From: an uncultured Bdellovibrionales bacterium
Lineage (GTDB): Bacteria > Bdellovibrionota_C > UBA2361 > CAIXSY01
DNA length: 64,000 bases
NCBI GenBank assembly: GCA_964510065.1
Contig: CAZEAC010000008.1
Location: 9,007-73,006, forward strand
Direction of reading: 5' to 3'
Shown here: positions 58,069 to 64,000 of the stretch, piece after piece
How the letters are laid out: each line of letters opens with the position of its first letter
Position numbering within the stretch: the stretch's first letter is position 1
Notes under the pieces: generated by a model
Databases searched by the model: none
What the model was told of the DNA's origin: nothing
What the model saw: only the letters and a program-made list of their open reading frames with translations
Position numbers and translations under genes: made by a program

Positions 58069-59139
58069 CGTCACCACGAACTGCTCGCCAATCTCACCAC
58101 CGAACTTTTCCGATCCTGCGCGAGTAAGATGCACGTGATCATAGAAGAATTCGGCGTGCCCATTAATGTCTTCAACGCGATCAAACACATTCACCTGATG
58201 AGTTCGCGCCACTTCGTAAATAGTTCTCTTGATTGCTTCGTACGCAGCGACTAGCCCACGATGAGAGAAAGAAGTGTACCCATACTCGATTCGCTCCTTG
58301 TCACTTTGTTCATTGCGCTCTGAAACAAGAGTCGGTTCAATAAGAAGTACCGGATCCGCCCCGCATTCTCGCACTAACACAATAAAAGAGCGAAGCGTCT
58401 GCGAAAGCTGCGCGAGAGCCTGTGAGTCTGGAGTATCGATTCCTTGAGCGGCAATTATTCGCCCCTCCGAACCAGGGTTAAGCACAATTGAAAAATACGA
58501 GTTCCGCGCGGTCATATAGATTTGTGATAGCGAGCCCAAGAATCTATCAATACGGCCCTGATAAAAGCGAAAGGGATCGCCGTCTTCATTATACGGTGCG
58601 CGAATTCTTATGAGCGGACGCGCGTCGGCGAGGTCTTTGATATCATTCCATCCGACGGCGAGCACGATATGCGAGGGACGTAATCGATAAATCTCAGCGA
58701 AAATTCGACCCACCGCATCCGAAGCCGAATGCCCTGGAATTCCCGCGTTAATAATTTCAATCTGCTCGGATCGGGTATGTTCCAGAACTTTTTTTACCTT
58801 GTCCAGCCAAGTCTCGCCGTCATTATTGTATATATCAAACACAAACGAGCCGCCCATGACCACAATCTTATGGCGAGCGCTCTCCGCGGAGTCATCGAAT
58901 TCCGCTCCTCGATACCCGCGGGAGTTCACATATGCGCGAGTGCGGCTACTTTCATTAACGGCATTCTGAGTATGCTCCGGAAACATCGAACGCGCAAAAA
59001 CCGCCGGCGTATATTCAAGATATTTGCTTCGATACTCATCAGGGGTCGCCACATGCCCAAGAAAAAGCCTGGTGAGCAACTCAGTAACCGCGAGCCCCAG
59101 CACAATTCCACCAAGCAGTCTAACAAATTCTCGTTTCAC
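58060..59139 (-). CDS. membrane-anchored SGNH-like hydrolase (GGS variant), paralog family
   Basis: An N-terminal TM segment is followed by IVVMGGSFVFD. ...HIVLAVGWNDI resembles SGNH block III. Confidence 0.5.
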   Translation of the reverse strand: MKREFVRLLGGIVLGLAVTELLTRLFLGHVATPDEYRSKYLEYTPAVFARSMFPEHTQNAVNESSRTRAYVNSRGYRGAEFDDSAESARHKIVVMGGSFVFDIYNNDGETWLDKVKKVLEHTRSEQIEIINAGIPGHSASDAVGRIFAEIYRLRPSHIVLAVGWNDIKDLADARPLIRIRAPYNEDGDPFRFYQGRIDRFLGSLSQIYMTARNSYFSIVLNPGSEGRIIAAQGIDTPDSQALAQLSQTLRSFIVLVRECGADPVLLIEPTLVSERNEQSDKERIEYGYTSFSHRGLVAAYEAIKRTIYEVARTHQVNVFDRVEDINGHAEFFYDHVHLTRAGSEKFGGEIGEQFVVTLR

Positions 59140-59151
59140 TCTCTCACACGA

Positions 59152-60348
59152 TTAAAAGAATCCACACAATACCGTGCTCCCTTGAACCTGATCACAGCGT
59201 AACGCAAAGACATACAGCGCTTGAAGACCAATTGATATGAGCGCGGCAACGCACAACGCAGCCCGTAAAACTTTACGAGGACGCGCCAACGCACTCGCGC
59301 GAAAAAGTATTGGAGCCATCAACGTTAAGCTCTCCAGTGGATAGCGGTAATTGAAGGCGAGTCCGCCCGATACCTGTCCCATCCGTACGTGCACAATCAG
59401 ATATACAATTGCCCCGACAAAGAGGCTCTTTTCAAACAATTCTGAACCTTTCCAAGCGCCAGGTAGGGTTACCATTAGCACCAAGAGCATCGGCGACCAG
59501 ATAAAAAGTCCGTTACTACCGATCAGCGCGTCCGTGAATCGGGAGAAATTACTCACGACCGGCGTCGAAAGGAGATGCTCCTTAAAAACAGGAGAATAGC
59601 CGCCCGTGACACTTGGAGCGCTAAATACCAGATCATTATAGAGCACGAGTCCAATGACACCGATTGAGATACCGAGAATCCAAGGTCCAAATACTTTCAA
59701 TTTTCCGGACATTGCGAAAAATGGAAACATAAAAAAAATCGCCGCAACCGCCAGCGGCGCGCGCGCCATAATTGCAAAGCCAAGGGCGAGCCCCGATAAA
59801 AACATTCGTTCATGAAAAAACGCCAGCATTGCAAGCGCGAGCATGAGCTGCGTCACCGAATGCGGCCAGAGCTGATTAGCAGATATCGCCCAGGTTGCCG
59901 TGCCGAATGCAAACGCCAAAGCAGCAATCATGGCATCAGCAGCGGAGCCGAAACGGCAAAGTATCAGATACACTAAAAGCACTGCGAAAAGCGCGCACAC
60001 CACCGCGCATATAGTGCCGGGCCCGGGAGTAAAGCTCGCGGTACTCGAAAAAAAATAAAACGGTACCGCCAAAAGAAAAGTTCCAAGCGGTCGATTGCTC
60101 ACCGGGCCGATCTTACTCTCCACAATCCAGGGGTTACCGCGAAACTCAGGCACCGCGACAGTTCCACGCTTGGCAATACTCCATGCCGCGAGCGCGCTCG
60201 CTTCCGCATCAACATTAATCTCAGGTCCGTAATTCGCGCTCAGCGCATAAATCGCACCCACAATAATGGCGAGCACGATTCCGTAGCGAACCTTCCCGCG
60301 AAAAGGAGATGCCTGTGAATTAGCGTCGGTCACGGGACTCAAGTTCAA
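59152..60348 (-). CDS. polytopic membrane protein, GT87/DUF2029-related GT-C candidate
   Basis: 398 aa with about 10 TM segments. It contains the block ERMFLSGLALGFAIMARAPLAVAAIFFMFPFF similar to the paralog family. The 5' end overlaps the upstream GT2 gene by 29 bp, so the start is uncertain. Confidence 0.5.
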   Translation of the reverse strand: MNLSPVTDANSQASPFRGKVRYGIVLAIIVGAIYALSANYGPEINVDAEASALAAWSIAKRGTVAVPEFRGNPWIVESKIGPVSNRPLGTFLLAVPFYFFSSTASFTPGPGTICAVVCALFAVLLVYLILCRFGSAADAMIAALAFAFGTATWAISANQLWPHSVTQLMLALAMLAFFHERMFLSGLALGFAIMARAPLAVAAIFFMFPFFAMSGKLKVFGPWILGISIGVIGLVLYNDLVFSAPSVTGGYSPVFKEHLLSTPVVSNFSRFTDALIGSNGLFIWSPMLLVLMVTLPGAWKGSELFEKSLFVGAIVYLIVHVRMGQVSGGLAFNYRYPLESLTLMAPILFRASALARPRKVLRAALCVAALISIGLQALYVFALRCDQVQGSTVLCGFF

Positions 60349-61273
60349 GTCTCTTTATTCGCGCGAGTGCGTCTTCCAAAAGCCGGCGATTAAATTGAAT
60401 AATGTCGGCGACAAGACCAATAAGTATCAACATGACGCCAGCGAGAAGGAATACCGCGGCGAAGATCAGCGATTGAATCTTCCCCTGACTGTTCGCAAAA
60501 AAGAAAAAATACGCAAAGCGCCCCGCCAATGCGCCACCGACCAATATTGAAAGTACACCCGCTTCGATAAAAAGCCTCAGCGGATTATACATCGTAAACA
60601 CTCGAATAATCGTCGCCATGGAGAAAATGATATAGGTCCTGATGCTGCTCATCAGTCTGGAGTTGCGGGTACTCTTATTCGTGCGGATCCGTACATCCCG
60701 AATCACAAGCCCCTTTGCTCGAGCCTGGAGAATTACCTCGTGTGTGTAGGTAAAATTACTGAGTATGGTGAGGCGAAGCGCGGCCTCGCGCGAAAACGCA
60801 CGAAAGCCGCTGGCTGCGTCTCGCACCGTCGTAGAGGAAAGTTTTCGCACCACCGCGCTGCCGAGCCACTGCAAAAACTTTTTGACGGCGGAAAATTCCT
60901 CGATATTGTTCGTGCCACGATCGCCCACGACGATATCTGCCTCCCCTTTCAGGATAGGTGCGATCAACTTCTCAATTTCACTTCCCGGATATTGATTATC
61001 GCCATCCATGTTGACGATGATATCGGCTCCGCGCGCAAGGGCTGCGTCGATGCCGGTACGAAAGGCGAAAGCCAGGCCGAGGTTTCCAGTATGGCGAACA
61101 ACTTCGTGTACACCGTTTTTCTTGGCGACCTCAATTGTTCGATCGGTCGAGCCATCGTCAACGATAAGTGTCTCGATGCTGTCGATCCCTGGAATACTTC
61201 GAGGTATCCCAGCAAGGGTATCAGGAAGGGTGTGTTCCTCGTTGTAACATGGGATCTGTATGACAAGTCTCAT
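60320..61273 (-). CDS. ArnC/GtrB/DPM1-like GT2 polyprenyl-phosphate glycosyltransferase with C-terminal TM segments
   Basis: RLVIQIPCYNEE...LIVDDGSTDRT...IVNMDGDNQYP matches the GT2 blocks. The C-terminus holds two hydrophobic helices. Confidence 0.75.
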   Translation of the reverse strand: MRLVIQIPCYNEEHTLPDTLAGIPRSIPGIDSIETLIVDDGSTDRTIEVAKKNGVHEVVRHTGNLGLAFAFRTGIDAALARGADIIVNMDGDNQYPGSEIEKLIAPILKGEADIVVGDRGTNNIEEFSAVKKFLQWLGSAVVRKLSSTTVRDAASGFRAFSREAALRLTILSNFTYTHEVILQARAKGLVIRDVRIRTNKSTRNSRLMSSIRTYIIFSMATIIRVFTMYNPLRLFIEAGVLSILVGGALAGRFAYFFFFANSQGKIQSLIFAAVFLLAGVMLILIGLVADIIQFNRRLLEDALARIKRLELESRDRR

Positions 61274-61369
61274 TGGATTCCGATGAAATGGACTCTAATA
61301 CAGTTTTAAGCGAATCCCAAGTGCAGTCCCTTTTGCCATCCTACACTTAATTCGTTATAGTGCCCCCTC

Positions 61370-62248
61370 ATGAGCGCTCAAAACGCCCCAATTCGAAAAG
61401 CTGTTATTCCCGCTGCCGGTCTTGGTACCCGCTTTCTTCCAGCAACCAAGGCAGTGCCCAAAGAGCTGCTGCCGATTGTCGACACGCCGACAATCCAAAT
61501 TATCGCCGAGGAGGTCGCAAACGCCGGTATTGATACGGTCGTGCTTATCGCTGGTCGCGGCAAAGATGCGATTGAAGATCATTTTGACCAGTACCCCGAA
61601 CTCGAAGAGAAGCTCGAAAGCGAGGGAAAGTCGGAGCTTGCGGCATGCCTCAAAAAAGTCCGTTCACTTATTCAGGTGGTAAGCGTTCGCCAGGGCACAC
61701 CGCGCGGCCTCGGTCATGCCGTGCTCTGCGCCCAGCATGTCGTGGGCAATGAACCTTTTATCGTGCTTCTCGGTGACGACTTAGTCGATGCACAGGTTCC
61801 CTGCACAAAGCAGATGATTGACGTGTACCTGAAATATCGAAAGTCCGTCGTGGCACTCATGGAGATTGCCGAAGAAGATGTTTCGAAATTCGGAATCTGT
61901 GGTGGTAAGAAGATAGCACCGCGAGTCACCGAGATCGACAGCATGGTCGAAAAGCCGAAAGCCTCGGAAGCCCCGTCGCGAATGGCTATCGTTGGGCGCT
62001 ACATTCTTACCCCGCGAATATTTGAAATATTAGAGAGCCAAACCCCGGGCAAGAACGGCGAAATTCAACTGACTGACGCGATGTCGAAACTAATGAAAGA
62101 AGAAGGCTTCATTGGTTATGAGTTCGAAGGTCAACGTTATGACGCCGGCGATAAGTTCGGATTTTTGCAAGCTAATATTGCCTATGCATTGAAGCGTCCC
62201 GACATTGCTCCAAAGCTGTTGAAATACATGTCACAGTTACTAAAGTAG
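61370..62248 (+). CDS. galU: UTP--glucose-1-phosphate uridylyltransferase
   Basis: KAVIPAAGLGTRFLPATKAVPKELLPIVD is the canonical GalU N-terminus. The protein is 292 aa. Confidence 0.9.
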   Translation: MSAQNAPIRKAVIPAAGLGTRFLPATKAVPKELLPIVDTPTIQIIAEEVANAGIDTVVLIAGRGKDAIEDHFDQYPELEEKLESEGKSELAACLKKVRSLIQVVSVRQGTPRGLGHAVLCAQHVVGNEPFIVLLGDDLVDAQVPCTKQMIDVYLKYRKSVVALMEIAEEDVSKFGICGGKKIAPRVTEIDSMVEKPKASEAPSRMAIVGRYILTPRIFEILESQTPGKNGEIQLTDAMSKLMKEEGFIGYEFEGQRYDAGDKFGFLQANIAYALKRPDIAPKLLKYMSQLLK

Positions 62249-62252
62249 CAGC

Positions 62253-62528
62253 ATGCGCGAAAAACCAATTTACAAGCAATTAACCTATTGGGCGCAAAAT
62301 TACGGCAACTCCAGCGTGCCTGACCAAAGAGCCGTGGAAACTTTCATGGACTGCGAAACTCGCGAAGGCGTCAGCGGCCTCCGCAATGAGCTGATGGGCG
62401 TTGCCGGCGGCAATTTCGACGAAACCGTTTTTGATAAGATCTTGGGGGCTAACCGCAAGTTCCGTCACGGTTCCTACATTGAATGGGCACGAATGATGCT
62501 GCTTTGGATGGCGTCGTATAAGGCCTAG
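62253..62528 (+). CDS. hypothetical small protein (91 aa)
   Basis: The ORF starts 4 bp after the galU stop on the same strand. No recognisable motif. Confidence 0.35.
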   Translation: MREKPIYKQLTYWAQNYGNSSVPDQRAVETFMDCETREGVSGLRNELMGVAGGNFDETVFDKILGANRKFRHGSYIEWARMMLLWMASYKA

Positions 62529-63346
62529 CTCGGACGGTTCTTACGCAATTTTAAGAACTGCTGATGGTGCTTCGATATAATCTTCACTGCCTCTTCGGGA
62601 GAATTAACAATCGAGATCGAATCAAAATCCTTTTCGCTAATCAGCCCCTGCTTTGTCGGCACATTTTTCATCCATTGGATAAGCGGCGTCCAAAATTTAG
62701 TACCGAGCAATACTATCGGACGCGGTGATATATGTTTCACCTGGATAAGCTGCCAAGAGAAGTAAAGCTCGAGAAGCGTACCAATACCACCCGGCGTCAC
62801 CACCACTGAGTGCGAAAGCCGCATAAAATCATCGAGCCTTGATGAAAACTTATGGTGGTGCCGCTTCACATCAAGATGGCTATTCGGCGTGGGTTCAAAA
62901 TCAAGCTGTATTGAGATCCCAAACGAGAGGCTCTTGCTTTTTTTCTCGTTGGTGCCAAGCCGAGCGCCCTTGTTTGCCGCTTCCATAAGCCCTGGTCCGC
63001 CCCCAGTGAGCACATCAATACTCTCCCAGGCCAACATGCGCGCCAACATAAATACCTCTTGGTACGCGCTGGTATCGGGCTTAATTCGAGCACTCCCGAA
63101 GATGCAGGTTCGGTAAAATCGGTTATCCTCAAGCTCTATCAGCGCCTTCTCGATTACCATCGCGCGCTGATACAGAAGCTTCAGCCGCTCATCAAGATGA
63201 CGACGTCGCACACTCCGCGCTACATACGGCCTTGAAATGGTGGTTAAAGAAGTTGCACCGCTTTTCTTAGCTAGGCTCTTTGATTTTCGAGACTTTGTAT
63301 TGCCTGTCATAACAAATGCTTTTTTTGCACCTTCGTCGCGCTTCAT
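62525..63346 (-). CDS. LOG-family (cytokinin riboside 5'-monophosphate phosphoribohydrolase-like) protein with basic N-terminal extension
   Basis: TGGGPGLMEAANKGA and VVVTPGGIGTLLEL are the two LOG/TIGR00730 signature motifs. The ~80-aa N-terminal extension is Lys/Arg-rich. Confidence 0.75.
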   Translation of the reverse strand: MKRDEGAKKAFVMTGNTKSRKSKSLAKKSGATSLTTISRPYVARSVRRRHLDERLKLLYQRAMVIEKALIELEDNRFYRTCIFGSARIKPDTSAYQEVFMLARMLAWESIDVLTGGGPGLMEAANKGARLGTNEKKSKSLSFGISIQLDFEPTPNSHLDVKRHHHKFSSRLDDFMRLSHSVVVTPGGIGTLLELYFSWQLIQVKHISPRPIVLLGTKFWTPLIQWMKNVPTKQGLISEKDFDSISIVNSPEEAVKIISKHHQQFLKLRKNRPS

Positions 63347-63386
63347 TTCAATACATCAGATGCTCCAAGGCACCAAGAGAGTCGGG

Positions 63387-63818
63387 CTAGGCTGCCATCT
63401 CTTTCTTAATCTGTGTTTTTTTCTCGTTATGTTCCTCAGCGCCGTCTAAAACATGAAACGGCTGCAACTCAGGTGCTTTTGATACCTGCTCGCGAAGCAG
63501 TGACGTCCAAGCCTCCCATCCCGTAAATTCATTTCGCTCATTAATTAGCTCGCGCATGTCCTCATGGCTGTCTCCAGGATGTGCATCACAGAGCATTTGC
63601 AGAGAAGATTCAACAAATTTCATCGCCTTTATAATATCAGTGAAGTGCTCTGAAAAGAGCGGTGCTATTGCCCGTCGCTGAGTCCGCTGCTTAGCTCGTT
63701 CGAGAGCTTTCCTTAGCTCGGATGCCGCCTGCTCAAGCTCACTAATCTCTTGCTGCCTAAGCGGCGTGTTGTGTAATCTTGGGTTGTGATGCGGGTGAAA
63801 GAAGCGATAAATATCCAT
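63387..63818 (-). CDS. hypothetical protein (143 aa, helical/charged)
   Basis: Clean ORF with gene-like composition. No family assignment is possible from the sequence alone. Confidence 0.4.
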   Translation of the reverse strand: MDIYRFFHPHHNPRLHNTPLRQQEISELEQAASELRKALERAKQRTQRRAIAPLFSEHFTDIIKAMKFVESSLQMLCDAHPGDSHEDMRELINERNEFTGWEAWTSLLREQVSKAPELQPFHVLDGAEEHNEKKTQIKKEMAA

Positions 63819-63882
63819 CCGTAAGGCTAGAATAGCGTTCGCCGATCACATTCCACAAGAGGGGTATTCAGAGGGTTATTCA

Positions 63883-64000
63883 ATGCGCACGTTCATATAC
63901 GGAGTCTGGGCTCTGCTACCGCTTTTCTTTTTTCTGATGGCGCTTTGGGCCAAGCTCGAACAGATCAGCGATAAGCAGCGCAAACAGAATCCTGGGGATC
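63883..64000 (+). CDS. 5' partial ORF encoding an N-terminal hydrophobic (signal/TM) segment; continues beyond the window
   Basis: ATG at 63883 is preceded by GAGGG 6 nt upstream. The translation MRTFIYGVWALLPLFFFLMALWAKLEQ... is cut by the window end. Confidence 0.25.
   Translation, partial: MRTFIYGVWALLPLFFFLMALWAKLEQISDKQRKQNPGD

Noticed and set aside
4230-61273. Idea that this is a mycobacterial-type arabinogalactan/LAM locus
   Set aside because: No Emb/Aft-type arabinosyltransferase, DprE1/DprE2 or UbiA (DPA synthase) signatures were recognised. The GC content is only around the low 50s. The Wzm/Wzt, ADP-heptose and L-QuiNAc/L-FucNAc context points to a Gram-negative-style or other non-mycobacterial surface glycan.
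1-64000. Search for CRISPR arrays, rRNA and tRNA genes
   Set aside because: I saw no direct-repeat/spacer periodicity, no GGTTCGAAT-type tRNA T-arm contexts with cloverleaf potential, and no rRNA-like conserved stretches. The window is almost entirely protein-coding.

Overview
Bacterial window (GC roughly low-50s %) dominated by one very large cell-surface glycan (O-antigen, S-layer glycan or lipoglycan type) biosynthesis and modification locus spanning about 4.2 kb to 62.2 kb. I found no rRNA, tRNA or CRISPR. The 5' flank carries a hipBA type II toxin-antitoxin pair with an inverted-repeat operator, a 622-aa orphan ORF and a truncated PD-(D/E)xK nuclease remnant.

The glycan locus encodes:
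- a Wzm/Wzt ABC exporter, where Wzt has a C-terminal carbohydrate-binding extension;
- six cytoplasmic GT4 and one GT2 glycosyltransferases;
- three GtrB/ArnC/DPM1-like polyprenyl-phosphate-sugar synthases;
- about ten paralogous polytopic GT-C-like membrane proteins, most sharing a DUF2029/GT87-type motif;
- eight class-I SAM methyltransferases;
- two NodU/CmcH carbamoyltransferases;
- two AsnB-type amidotransferases;
- four SGNH hydrolases plus an AT3 acyltransferase;
- nucleotide-sugar enzymes: a PseB/FnlA-like 4,6-dehydratase, an RmlD-like reductase and a WecB-like 2-epimerase (L-QuiNAc/L-FucNAc type); a UDP-sugar 6-dehydrogenase with a UDP-uronate 4-epimerase; an HldE-domain-II fused to GmhB; and GalU.

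Genes are packed into alternating divergent and convergent operons with many 4-bp start/stop overlaps.

The most interesting signals:
- the recurring module [polyprenyl-P sugar synthase + SAM methyltransferase + GT-C membrane transferase], which suggests periplasmic installation of methylated sugar branches from lipid-linked donors;
- a Wzt with a binding domain followed by a coupled methyltransferase (candidate chain terminator);
- AsnB homologs next to a uronic-acid pathway (candidate uronamide formation);
- a 181-bp MITE-like element with 25-bp perfect terminal inverted repeats between convergent genes at 53.66-53.84 kb.

All functional calls come from motif recognition in the supplied translations; no database search was possible.
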